Shown: positions 10,655 through 22,659 of the stretch, piece by piece
Layout of the letters: the number at the start of each line of letters is the position of its first letter
Numbering within the stretch: position 1 is the first letter of the stretch
From: Macrostomum lignano
Lineage: Eukaryota
Reading direction: 5' to 3'
Length of the DNA stretch: 64,000 nucleotides
NCBI GenBank assembly: GCA_002269645.1
Contig: NIVC01000146.1
Location: forward strand, 186,001 to 250,000
Program-made: the position numbers and the translations under genes
The notes under the pieces: model-generated
Seen by the model: the letters and a program-made list of their open reading frames with translations, nothing else
The model's database searches: none
What the model was told of the DNA's origin: nothing

Positions 10655-11728
10655 CGGTTGTCATTTAGCCATAGTCTATGGCCATTGTGGGTGCGGTTGT
10701 CATTTAGCCATAGTCTATGGCCATTGTGGGTGTGATTGTCATTTAGCCATAGTCTATGGCCATTGTGGGTGCGGTTGTCATTTAGCCATAGTCTATGGCC
10801 ATTGTGGGTGCGGTTGTCATTTAGCCATAGTCTATGGCCATTGTGGGTGCGGTTGTCATTAAGCCATAGTCTATGGCCATTGTGGGTGCGGTTGTCATTT
10901 AGCCATAGTCTATGGCCATTGTGGTTGCGGTTGTCATTTAGCCATAGTCTATGGCCATTGTGGTTGCGGTTGTCATTTAGCCATAGTCTATGGCCATTGT
11001 GGGTGCGGTTGTCATTTAGCCATAGTCTATGGCCATTGTGGGTGTGATTGTCATTTAGCCATAGTCTATGGCCATTGTGGGTGCGGTTGTCATTTAGCCA
11101 TAGTCTATGGCCATTGTGGGTGCGGTTGTCATTTAGCCATAGTCTATGGCCATTGTGGGTGCGGTTGTCATTAAGCCATAGTCTATGGCCATTGTGGGTG
11201 CGGTTGTCATTTAGCCATAGTCTATGGCCATTGTGGTTGCGGTTGTCATTTAGCCATAGTCTATGGCCATTGTGGTTGCGGTTGTCATTTAGCCATAGTC
11301 TATGGCCATTGTGGGTGCGGTTGTCATTAAGCCATAGTCTATGGCCATTGTGGTTGCGGTTGTCATTTAGCCATAGTCTATGGCCATTGTGGGTGCGGTT
11401 GTCATTTAGCCATAGTCTATGGCCATTGTGGGTGCGGTTGTCATTAAGCCATAGTCTATGGCCATTGTGGTTGCGGTTGTCATTTAGCCATAGTCTATGG
11501 CCATTGTGGGTGCGGTTGTCATTAAGCCATAGTCTATGGCCATTGTGGGTGCGGTTGTCATTTAGCCATAGTCTATGGCCATTGTGGGTGCGGTTGTCAT
11601 TTAGCCATAGTCTATGGCCATTGTGGGTGCGGTTGTCATTTAGCCATAGTCTATGGCCATTGTGGGTGCGGTTGTCATTTAGCCATAGTCTATGGCCATT
11701 GTGGGTGCGGTTGTCATTAAGCCATAGT
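10655..11728. repeat. 39-bp minisatellite (TTGTCATTTAGCCATAGTCTATGGCCATTGTGGGTGCGG) in a Pax6 intron
   Basis: Direct reading. 13-aa periodicity. Confidence 0.98.
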
Positions 11729-12377
11729 CCCAGACGCGGATTTGAAAACCACGGGGCCTTGGCCCCTTAGCCTATCTCTCAATCTGTTATGAAACCCGCG
11801 CAGAAAGCGCCACTTATCAACGCAAGATTAACTCAGACGAAACCGTCGGCAGCCCCCCTGCAGGCAGATCGGCGCGGAGGAATTCCCAGATCCCATGCTC
11901 TCGTTCCCCTCCCCCCCTCAGCCCAGCTCAGACCCCGGGGTGAAGCTCAGCCGACTGAAAGAAGACCAACTGGGGGTCCATTCTGAGCTCCGGGCAGTGG
12001 GGGGTTTGGCACCGCCGCCACCTGCGAGATAAAACACTTCAGGAATGCAAGGAGGACCTGCATGCGAAGGAGACGGTGGCTCAGGGACCCTATCGCCGGA
12101 TTTTCCGCATCAGCGGAGCCTGGAGAGTCCGCGGCGTCTCGAGCTGGTCTACCGGCAGAACCCCGAGGGGGCGGCAAAGGGGCCCTGAGCGATTTAATGC
12201 CGCACGCTGGTCATCGCCGCTGCCCGCCTTTGAGCGGCTTCGGTTTCCTCTGCTTGTCTCTAATTTGGCCAGGCTCGCACAGAGACACTGCGGGGTGCCG
12301 CGGCCTGCCTTTGTTTGCTAATAGTGGCCTTGTCAATGGGGACCCACAGCCACTTAGGCACTGCGTTTGGCTTGTCA

Positions 12378-13080
12378 GTCATGAACTCTTGTACTCACTT
12401 ATAAACTCATGTACTCACTTATAAACTCATGTACTCACTTATAAACTCATGTACTCACTTATAAACTCTTGTACTCACTTATAAACTCATGTACTCACTT
12501 ATAAACTCATGTACTCACTTATAAACTCATGTACTCACTTATAAACTCATTTACTCACTTATAAACTCATGAACTCATGGACTCGCTCATAAACTCATGG
12601 ACTCGCTCATAAACTCATGGACTCGCTCAAAAACTCATGGACTCGCTCATAAACTCATGGACTCGCTCATGAACTCATGAACTCCCTCATGAACTCATGA
12701 ACTCCCTCATGAACTCATGGACTCCCTCATGAACTCATGGACTCCCTCATGAACTCATGGGCTCCCTCATGAACTCATGGGCTCCCTCATGAACTCATGG
12801 GCTCCCTCATGAACTCATGGACTCGCTCATGAACTCATGGACTCGCTCATGAACTCATGGACTCCCTCATGAACTCATGGACTCCCTCATGAACTCATGG
12901 ACTCCCTCATGAACTCATGGACTCCCTCATGAATTCATGGACTCCCTCATGAACTCATGAACTCCCTCATGAACTCATGGACTCCCTCATGAACTCATGG
13001 ACTCCCTCATGAACTCATGGACTCCCTCATGAACTCATGGACTCCCTCATGAACTCATGGACTCCCTCATGAACTCATGA
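12378..13080. repeat. 20-bp minisatellite grading from ATAAACTCATGTACTCACTT to ATGAACTCATGGACTCCCTC
   Basis: Direct reading. Confidence 0.97.
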
Positions 13081-13104
13081 CTCACTCCCGCCGCCCGCAC
13101 TCAC

Positions 13105-13451
13105 GCTGGGAATGGTGTCCTGGTTGCACACGCCGTCTTGCAGCAGTCTGTCGCGGATCTCCCAGGCGAAGATGCTCGGGCATTCGCGCTTGTACTGGGC
13201 GATCCTGTTCACCACTGAGGAGGTGGCCACGCGAGGCTTGGAGCCGCCGATGGCCTTGGGCCGGATGGAGCCAGTGTCGTAGTATCGACAGAGGATCTTC
13301 GACACGCAGCCGTTGGAGACTTGCAGGATCCGGGAGATGTCGCAGGGCCTGGCGCCGCTGCTGGCCAGCTCAACGATTCGCTGTCTGGTGGTGTCCGGCA
13401 GCGGACGGCCGTTCACAAACACCCCGCCCAGCTGGTTCACTCCGGAGTGAC
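13105..13451 (-). CDS. Pax6: Pax6 paired-domain exon
   Basis: (G)[57 protein letters not shown]...QDTIPS. Acceptor CAG at 13452, donor GTGAGT at 13104. Both intron positions match those conserved in Pax6 genes. Confidence 0.98.
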
Positions 13452-13457
13452 CTGTCA

Positions 13458-13480
13458 GGGTTTAGGGTTAGGGTTAGGGT
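13458..13480 (+). repeat. Short interstitial telomere-like tract GGG-TTTAGGG-TTAGGG-TTAGGG
   Basis: Three TTAGGG copies at 13462-13479, next to the Pax6 paired-exon acceptor. Confidence 0.85.
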
Positions 13481-14004
13481 TGCTTCGGCCTCATAGCACT
13501 GAGTTAGCACTTTACGAGGAACAAAAAGAGGATGCCGTCTGCCTGCTCCACGCCCCCCCTCAGGCCATCCATCACGACGCGCAGTGACGGTCGGTATCCT
13601 GTAACCCCGCGACCAAAACCTCTTTAGGAGTCGCGATTTTTGCCTTGGGATTTCAGATTCGACTCTGGAGCCAACTGCTGAATTGGTATCAATCTGATCT
13701 CTCCCTGGCCTGGGTCATTATTCAGCAAAAGGCCAGAATTTCGTATATATATGGTATATATATATCGCTATATACAGGGCCTACTGAATCTGAGTAACGG
13801 TTCTCGAGTTTGAGGGTGGCGGGGCGGCCCTGGGTTGACGCGGTTTTTTGTTAGAAAATGACTGATGGCCGCAGCGGCCCTGTAATAAGACAGGAGAGTT
13901 CTGAGTCTCTGGCTCTCTGCAAACTTGCAGAGAGTGCCCGTTTGTCTACAGACTTACAGAGAGTGACAAGACTAGAGTGAAGAGTGGTGGAGTGACAAGT
14001 GAAA

Positions 14005-14512
14005 AAGTGACAGTTGAGCAGCAGAAAGAGTGACAGTTGAGCAGCAGAAAGAGTGACAATTGAGCAGCTGAAAGAGTGACAGTTGAGCAGCAGAAAGAGT
14101 GACTGTTGAGCAGCAGAAAGAGTGACAGTTGAGCAGCAGAAAGAGTGACAATTGAGCAGCAGAAAGAGTGACAGTTGAGCAGCAGAAAGAGTGACAGTTG
14201 AGCAGAAGAAAGAGTGACAGTTGAGCAGCAGAAAGAGTGACAGTTGAGCAGCAGAAAGAGTGACAGTTGAGCAGCAGAAAGAGTGACAGTTGAGCAGAAG
14301 AAAGAGTGACAGTTGAGCAGCAGAAAGAGTGACAGTTGAGCAGCAGAAAGAGTGACAGTTGAGCAGCAGAAAGAGTGACAGTTGAGCAGCAGAAAGAGTG
14401 ACAGTTGAGCAGCAGAAAGAGTGACAGTTGAGCAGCAGAAAGAGTGACAATTGAGCAGCAGAAAGAGTGACAATTGAGCAGCAGAAAGAGTGACAGTTGA
14501 GCAGCAGAAAGT
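14005..14512. repeat. 23-bp minisatellite (AGTTGAGCAGCAGAAAGAGTGAC)
   Basis: Direct reading. Confidence 0.97.
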
Positions 14513-15804
14513 AGGGACCAAGCTGGATCAAGAATAATGTTTACAACAGTTATGAGTAAGACATTAGCCTACTGATTGCTCGGAGAGCACTGCAGTGCAC
14601 ACGGGGCTATTGATTTTCTCAATAAGTAGTTGCTTGGTCAGATCCATCCAAGTGGACCGTCAAGTCCTGGATCCGCCACAGAAATTCAATTTGTAAGGAA
14701 AAAGACTGATGGCGGGAGTTCTTGCTCGGGGGGGACTCACTGAGAAATAGGAGTAACTTCGACACTTTTAGGTGCTACTATATTCATATGTATACTGATG
14801 TATATACTGTAGTGTCCAGTTGAAGGTCCGGGCACCAAAAAAAGACCGCATTATCTTGACTCAATATCTCTTCTTTGCGCCCCGAGGAACTCAAAAAAAT
14901 TGGGGGGGGGGGTTAAAATAGCTAATGATAATACTCATTTATATGTGGCGCCTAGCTGACTGCCAAGACTTTGACAGCCAAGGCCGTGCCAGCTGGGGGG
15001 TGTCTGGTCAGTCACTTCATTTAGTGGCTGCTCCTGTTGTATGCCCAGCTTGCTGCATTGATACGAGTATATGGAAAGTAAAGCACAGAATGCAGCGGTT
15101 GAATCGTGAGAACGAGCCAGACCCGAAGTTTTGATCTCTTAGGCTCAAGCCCTCACCTGTAGCGGCATCAAAGACTCGAGGGCGATTCGCTCTCGCAGAA
15201 GTAGTCTGCTCTGTCAGAGCAGCGTCTCAGGGTCTCATGTCAAGTGAATGAGCATCTCTGCAAGCCATTCTTGTCGTGCTGTTAAGCACATCAAACTGTC
15301 TAAAATAGACACACTTTCTCGAACAAGCATAGCACAGTCTCCCCCCCCCCCCTACCTCAGTGTATAGCAGGTGCTCAAGCTACATTCCAGCTGAGCTACC
15401 GACTCAAATTCCCCAAGCAGGTCATGTCAAACTCGCCAGACTCAAACGGACGGCCCTCCCTTACATTTGACCCGACAAAATCGTCTTCCTGAGTCGTTGA
15501 GCGTCAGGGGCTTGCAAATTGGGCCATAAAAGCGAAGCCTTCTTGATTTTTTACCTTGTAAGGACTGTAATGCAATCCGCCCATCCCCCTGTCGCTGCAT
15601 GATCTGTGCCGGATAATGAGGGGCGGAACCAAGCAGGCCCCTGTCGCATCACTTGATAGCCCCGGGTTGATAGAAGAAAACTTGTCTCATTTTTATCGGC
15701 ATTCTCTGCATAGACTACAGAGGCTACAGCTGTCTCTATCCAATTTTTCAACATGGCGAGGCTTTGAAAATCTGCTTTGTGAGGCTCATTTTTGGGATGC
15801 TTAT

Positions 15805-16538
15805 CAGTGGCGCAACCAGAAATTTGTTGAGGGGAGAGGGCGGATTCTGGAGAATGAAGACCCGAGGGGGGCGGATTCTGGAGGGTAAAGACCCGAGAGG
15901 GGGCGGATTCTGGAGGGTAAAGACCCGAGGGGGCGGATTCTGGAGGGTAAAGACCCGAGGGGGCGGATTCTGGAGGGTAAAGACCCGAGAGGGCGGATTC
16001 TGGAGGGTAAAGACCCGAGGGGGTGGATTCTGGAGGGTTAAGACCAAAGGGGGTGGATTCTGGAGGGTAAAGACCCGAGGGGGCGGATTCTGGAGGGTAA
16101 AGACCCGAGAGGGGGCGGATTCTGGAGGGTAAAGACCCGAGAGGGGGCGGATTCTGGAGGGTAAAGACCCGAGAGGGGGTGGATTCTGGAGGGTAAAGAC
16201 CCGAGAGGGGGCGGATTCTGGAGGGTAAAGACCCGAGGGGGCGGATTCTGGAGGGTAAAGACCCGAGGGGGCGGATTCTGGAGGGTAAAGACCCGAGGGG
16301 GTGGATTCTGGAGGGTTAAGACCAAAGGGGGTGGATTCTGGAGGGTAATGACCCGAGAGGGGGCGGATTCTGGAGGGTAAAGACCCAAGGGGGGGGCGGA
16401 TTCTGGAGAGTAAAGACCCGAGGGGGGGGCGGCGGGGGGATGGCTCTGTATTTGGGCGACAACGCGCTTGGTCCCCCCTTTGACTTTTTTCAGGTCTCCG
16501 CGACCGCCCGCCCCCCCCCCCTCCTGGTTGTGCCACTG
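15805..16538. mobile_element. Non-autonomous DNA transposon (MITE-like) containing a ~30-bp minisatellite
   Basis: 15-bp terminal inverted repeats CAGTGGCGCAACCAG ... CTGGTTGTGCCACTG (one mismatch) enclose the GGCGGATTCTGGAGGGTAAAGACCCGAG array. Flanks ATGCTTAT and ATGCTGCT are only a partial 8-bp TSD, so the superfamily is unresolved. Confidence 0.65.
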
Positions 16539-16596
16539 ATGCTGCTAAGAACTAGACTAGATGAAGGGGTTCAGATTAAAGGATGCGCCGTGATCT

Positions 16597-16945
16597 CTGA
16601 AGGATCTGGTGGAGGGGAAGCGGCGCCCCCTGAAGGATCTGGTAGAGGGGAAGCGGCGCCCCCTGAAGGATCTGGTGAGGGGGAGGCGGCGCCCCCTGAA
16701 GGATCTGGTGAGGGGGAGGCGGCGCCCCCTGAAGGATCTGGTGGAGGAGGAGCGGTGCCCCCTGAAAAATCTGGTGGAGGGAAAGCGGCGCTCCCTGAAG
16801 GATCTGGTGGGGGGGGGGAGGCGGCGCCCACTGAAACCACTGAAAGATCTGGTGGGGGGGGAGGCGGCGCCCCTGAAGGATCTGGTGGGGGGGAGGCGGC
16901 ACCCACTGAAAGATCTGGTGGGGGGAGGCGGCACCCCTGAAGGAT
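16597..16945. repeat. ~33-bp minisatellite (GAAGGATCTGGTGGAGGGGAAGCGGCGCCCCCT); mirror at 61865-62460
   Basis: Direct reading. Confidence 0.92.
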
Positions 16946-17308
16946 TTGATAGAGGGAAAACGGCGCCCACAAAAGCTCACAAACGAATATCCGAGCAGTT
17001 TCGGCCACTCACCTCTCTTGGCCTTCTTTTTGCAATTCATTTCCTCCTCGGACCCGTCCGAAATGCCTGAAAATTAAATTTTGTAATTTTCAGTGAAATT
17101 TGGAGGGGGCCGCATTTATTAGGGTGGTGTAGCATGCAGTATTTCGTGTCTTGGTTGGTGCCCCTAAGTGATAGGTGGGCGCCCCTACCCCTAGCTATCA
17201 TTTTTTTTAGGGGCAATTGAGAGGATTCCTTGCCCCCACCCTGTAAGTTCATATAGGTAGGCTGATTGAGATTAAGCTTTAAGCCTTAAAAACGAAGCTA
17301 TTTCTCAC

Positions 17309-17401
17309 CTGATTTGTTTCCAAGTGGATCGGAATCCACCGCATCAAGCTGCTGCTGCTGCTGCTGTTGCTGCTGCTGTTGCTGGTGTTGATGAATCAGA
17401 A

Positions 17402-17436
<35 letters not shown>

Positions 17437-17459
17437 TGCATCATATGCAAGTGCTGCAT
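17309..17459 (-). CDS. Pax6: Pax6 first coding exon, left copy (exon begins at 17495, ATG at 17459)
   Basis: Not in the ORF track. Reads MQHLHMM-Q12-LLIHQH-Q12-LDAVDSDPLGNKS-G|GTGAGA. The phase 1 end completes the G of GHSGVNQ. The four coding exons sum to 1995 nt (664 aa plus stop). Confidence 0.8.
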
Positions 17460-18124
17460 TGCTGCTCTCCTTTTATGTCTTCTTTTAGAAGATTTCTGGG
17501 CAAATAAGGGGAATGAATTAAAATTAGGAATGAGTAAAGTTTTGTAGCCAACCTGGAAGACAGGTCAGGGTGTCAGCTAAGCTGTGGTCACTGTCCTTCA
17601 TCAGCGCTGCTCACTGGTCAGTGTGGGGGAAGCGCTGGGCATCTCCATTCCCTGCTCTGCTGTCTTCCTGCCGACTGACAAAATACAGAATTTTTATATT
17701 GCTTGTATTGTCAGCTTACAAGCGCAGTCAGGGCTCACCTCTGTGCCTTGGGGTGGGGCTGGCAATGGCAAGCAAAGAATTTGGAGTCCCGCTTCTTTTG
17801 ATGCAGGAGCTCAGCCTCCTCCCTCCCCGCTGAACTGCTTGCCTTGTCCTCTCTCCACCGATCAAAGCTGCTCAGAGAGAGACTCAAAGTTGGCCCAGCC
17901 AATGGCATGAGTATAACAACTGCGTGCTCAGCACCCCCGGTCCCAAGCGCCTTTTGTCCAAGCTTTTGTTGTTCAAGTTGACCAGCGCTGGGAGCCAATG
18001 AGAGCCAATGATAGCCAATGAGATCCCTTCCAAGTTTTCGGGTCATTCAATGCAAGTTTAGCTCAAGCTTTTTCTTGGGAAAGGGAAAAGAGATTTGCGT
18101 GGAATAGAATTATAAACTTTGTAG

Positions 18125-18690
18125 TCAGACAGGGGTAGACAGGGGTAGACAGGGAGTCAGACAGGGAGTTAGACAGGGAGTCAGACAGGGAGTCAGACAG
18201 GGAGTCAGACAGGGAGTCAAACAGGGAGTCAGACAGGGAGTCAGACAGGGAGTCAGACAGGGAGTCAGACAGGGAGTCAGGTAGGGGTAGACAGGGAGTC
18301 AGGTAGGGGTAGACAGGGAGTCAGGTAGGGGTAGACAGGGAGTCAGACAGGGAGTCAGAAAGGGAGTCAGACAGTGTCAGTGAGTAAGACAGGGAGTCAG
18401 GTAGGGGTAGACAGGGAGTCAGGTAGGGGTAGACAGAGAGTCAGACAGTGAGTCAGACAGGGAGTCAGGTAGGGGTAGACAGAGAGTCAGACAGGGAGTC
18501 AGACAGGGAGTCAGACAGTGAGTCAGACAGGGAGTCAGACAGGGAGTCAGACAGGGAGTCAGACAGGGAGTCAGGTAGGGGTAGACAGGGAGTCAGGTAG
18601 GGGTAGACAGAGAGTCAGACAGGGAGTCAGACAGGGAGTCAGACAGGGGTAGACAGGGAGTCAGACTGTGGTAGACATTGCGTCAGACAG
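18125..18690. repeat. 12-bp minisatellite (AGTCAGACAGGG); longer mirror at 59740-60700
   Basis: Direct reading. Confidence 0.96.
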
Positions 18691-20257
18691 CGGAGCGACC
18701 TATTCTAGAGCATCTTATTCCTAACTCTTGTGTCCTAGACCTTTATACATTATATATTTTCTCCAAAAAAAGCAAACCAGATAAAGCAACGGGAAACCAG
18801 ATACCCAGTTATTTTCTATTATTCCAAAAACGCAAAAATCGAAAAGCTGCATGAAATTTTTTTACCAGTCCGAGAATCCCATCTCCTTAGCAACTAAAAA
18901 AACCTTACAGACTGACCATCTGACAGGCAAAAGAGCAGCTTATCTAATCGGAATGTGAAAACTTGACTCCTGTTAATTGCAGGCAGGCAAATCCTGTATC
19001 TGAGCAAAAGACTAATTAATTAAGTATAGGAAAATTAGCCTGACAGACCATGGGTCCAGTTTCCAACCATCATTATGAAGGCAGCATGGGACTGCCCGGA
19101 CAGAAACTTAGTGAATCTGTTAACGCTGCTATAGTGAGGCTATTTAACTGGATAATAGTGCCTCGGATACTAACAGGCATAACATGGGTGTGTGCCCTGA
19201 GGCGAAATAAAACCTCAAAAATGCATGTTATATAAGGCTACAGGATTTAAGCATTATGGCAGCTTGCTAAATTAGTAATCTAAGTATATGGATTAGTATG
19301 CTTTCAGATGCAGGCTGCAAGAGGTCTGGAAGTGTGAAGTGCTCATTTCCTGAGCACAGCAGAGGCCGAGGACCCGGGGCTCCATCGAACTTCAATCGAG
19401 ACTTGAGAGTGGCCTCTGGCTGCATCCATGGGCAGTTGAATTCCAGAGCTTCCAGCTTGCAATTATGTTTTTATTTGCGAGTAATTTCTTCTCTGGACCG
19501 GTTAAATGGGGGTTTAGTTTTTACAATCGAGACCAACCGTCAACCCAATGAACCTTGGCTTTAAACTTGGCTTCAGCCATTATCCAAATTAAACAGACCC
19601 AACAAGATTAGTAGCACTACTTGCGCAACACACTACTACTCCACTGTCAGTAGTAGTATAGATTGAGCATGAAGTTTCGAATTTAAAATGAATCTGAACT
19701 GCAGAGTTGGTCTCCCTCGCCAGCTCGCCTTGGAAATTCAACTCGTTTCGAACTATACTGCGGTAGAACAAGCAATGGATCATAATTTCCACAAAATTTG
19801 AATAGTTAGATAAATCAATCCGAAATAAATTTGTGTACAAATTTGACTTTAATACTCGCTAAAATCTGGAACTGGTCTCAACTCTCGAATCAAATAAATT
19901 ACCGAGCTTGAGTCTGGTGTCAAATTCGCGGGAAAATATCTAAAGGCTGAAGGATAACCTCGCACTACTTTACTAATAGTACAGTGCCGGCTGGCCTGAT
20001 CTTCCAGAGGTACCGTGCATGCATTTCAACTCCAAAGGCCGCGAATTGCCTGAAAAAAGCAGGCAAGCAGAAAGGGGAAAAAGGGAGAAGAAGACTGTGG
20101 CGCGGGCCCCCGGGGTCGGGAGTCAGTCCTGGTGTCCTGGCACACTGCCCCCCCCCCATCCCTGGCTTCGGTCCGCCCCTCCCACAGCGGGGCAGTCGCA
20201 GCCCCGGCAGCGGTACAAAAGAAGCAGAAAAGAAGAAGTTTCCATGTGGCTACTTAC

Positions 20258-20375
20258 CTGTGAGAAGCGAATGAGGCCGTCAGAGCGGTTGAGGGCGCCG
20301 GGCGCAAGTCAGGCAGACGGGCAAGGCAAGTGGCGCGGAAGCGGGATGGGGTTGGGCCGCTGCGGCCTGCGACTG
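20258..20375 (-). other. Pax6: Putative Pax6 5' UTR exon, left copy (5' end approximate)
   Basis: Consensus donor CAG|GTAAGT at 20257, in the Pax6 orientation, at the end of a GC-rich promoter-like block. No usable ORF. Confidence 0.45.
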
Positions 20376-20620
20376 TTTTATTCGCATGAGGAGGAAGGGA
20401 GAGCGGAGCGCGGCAGAGGAGGGGGCGGCCCGCCTCGCCTCAGCGAATCGAAAGAAGGTGGCGCGCCCGAAATTGATGATTGAGCACGGATGGGCCCGCG
20501 CAATGAGGCGCGGTTAATGCAAAGCCCAGTGGACTGAACTGCCGCCACACAGGCTTCTGCGTCTGAGTACGAGTCCCCCCGCTACCATTGGCTGCGACAA
20601 GCCTGCCGGGCCAGCCAATC
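20376..20620 (-). promoter_or_regulatory. Putative Pax6 promoter, left copy
   Basis: Two oppositely oriented CCAAT boxes (20587-20591, 20615-20619), GC-rich sequence and an AATAAAA TATA-like motif at 20376-20382 upstream of the putative UTR exon. Confidence 0.4.
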
Positions 20621-20769
20621 AGCGGCCAGGGACATCTTCTGTCTGCCTGCCGGCAACCCAGCGTTTTGCGAATCTTTTGAGTCTCGCCGGCTTGAGAATT
20701 CAACTGGCAATATTTTATATTTGTGTTGAGTGCCAGTCTGCAGCTATGTGTTTGCTTGCCATAGCATTT

Positions 20770-21555
20770 CCCATCTCTAAACTACACCCATTCTATTCTC
20801 TAAACTGCACTATTCTATCTCTAAACTGCACTATTCTATCTCTAAACTACACCCATTCTATCTCTAAACTGCACTATTCTATCTCTAAACTGCTCCGACT
20901 CTATCTCTAAACTGCACCCCATTCTATCTCTAAACTGCACCCCATTCTATCTCTAAACTGCACTATTCTATCTCTAAACTGCACTATTCTATCTCTAAAC
21001 TGCACCCCATTCTATCTCTAAACTGCACTATTCTATCTCTAAACTGCTCCGACTCTATCTCTAAACTGCACCCCATTCTATCTCTAAACTGCACTATTCT
21101 ATCTCTAAACTGCTCCGACTCTATCTCTAAACTGCACCCCATTCTATCTCTAAACTGCACTATTCTATCTCTAAACTGCACTATTCTATCTCTAAACTGC
21201 ACCCCATTCTATCTCTAAACTGCACTATTCTATCTCTAAACTGCACTATTCTATCTCTAAACTGCACTATTCTATCTCTAAACTGCACCCCATTCTATCT
21301 CTAAACTGCATCCAATTCTGTCTCTAAACTGAATCCTCCTCTCCGGTCTCTCCCCCTTTCTCCCTCTCTCTGCCTCCCTCTCTCTGTCTCCCTCTCTCTG
21401 TCTCCCTCTCTCTGTCTCCCTCTCTCTGTCTCCCTCTCTCTGTCTCCCTCTCTCTGCCTCCCTCTCTCTGTCTCCCTCTCTCTGTCTCCCTCTCTCTGTC
21501 TCCCTCTCTCTGTCTCCCTCTCTCTGTCTCCCTCTTTCTGCCTCCCTCTCGCAGT
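20770..21555. repeat. 21-bp minisatellite (TATTCTATCTCTAAACTGCAC) followed by a 14-bp CT-rich repeat; mirror at 56905-57645
   Basis: Direct reading. Confidence 0.96.
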
Positions 21556-22659
21556 CTCTCTTACATCCTCTCAGACCCCAGCTCCGTAATTTCAAAAATA
21601 TGCTTATATACTGAATCTGAATCTGAAAACTCGATTCATCCCATCAACTATGCCATACCATATAGGCCAAAAATATAAATAACACAATAAATATAGTAGC
21701 TGCATCATTTCATACAGCCGTTCCGCTCTTTACACAGAACTGCATGGCTTATCGACAAATTTTATTGCGCTTATCGGAGAGACAGAGAGAGAGGAGAGAG
21801 AGAGTGAAATCTCACCGCACCGGGTAGGGGGGAGGTTATCAGTTGCCAGGGATCTCTGAGATTTGAGATTAATGCCCCGGTGTGCAGCGGTGGGCGGAGG
21901 AGGTCAATAAGTCGCTCCCCCGCTCCCCATCCCGCGCCAACCCCCCCCCCCCCCCCAATTTGATTTCACACACGGCTGGCGAAGCGGCAGGCTATTTCTG
22001 CATTATTCAGAGCAGCCAAAGTATTTTATAGAGAAAGGGAAAAAGCAAGCCTGCATTTTGAAACGGACACAGAAATTTTATTCGCGCAGAATCGAGTATA
22101 GGAGAGAGTAATGGAATGACAGCGCGACCCCCCCCCCCCTACTCAAAATGAAGTCACCCGATCATAATCGAGGCACAATGTCTTGACAAGCTTATAAAAC
22201 TGTTTTGATTGTAGATTTTTATACATTTTAGCGCCGGGAGTTTCTCCCTGGATGAGCCCGAGACATCAGCAGTTTTATGCCCTCGAGGGCGCATGACTGC
22301 GGGAGCTGCTCAAGGCTTCTGGCTTGAGTTAAACTCCCGCTCAGCAGGTCCCTATAAACAAAAATAGCGAGCATTTCAGTCAACTGCTGCCTTGAGGGGG
22401 GAGTAGGAATTGAGTTTCAATGGCCAGTTTTTCACCGCAATATTAAATATCAACAACTGTAATTGAATTTTAACTCAATGATCATCTGTGTGCGTTCGTT
22501 TATGGGGCATGTTTTGTTGGCAATAAAAACACCCGTCTGCCTCCGTCCAGCCACTCTATCGCTAAAAGTTGCGCAATTGATAACATGACTTGACTTTTTG
22601 CTGTAGCTTTTGCATATGCATTCCATAACTCGTGGCTCTGGTGAATACGAGACCCTTTG

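Noticed and set aside
13520-13600. ATG-containing segment (MDGLRGGVEQ...) just upstream of the paired exon as the Pax6 start
   Set aside because: It reaches a stop before the acceptor, and its only plausible donor is phase 0 while the paired exon needs phase 1. The exon at 17309-17495 fits.
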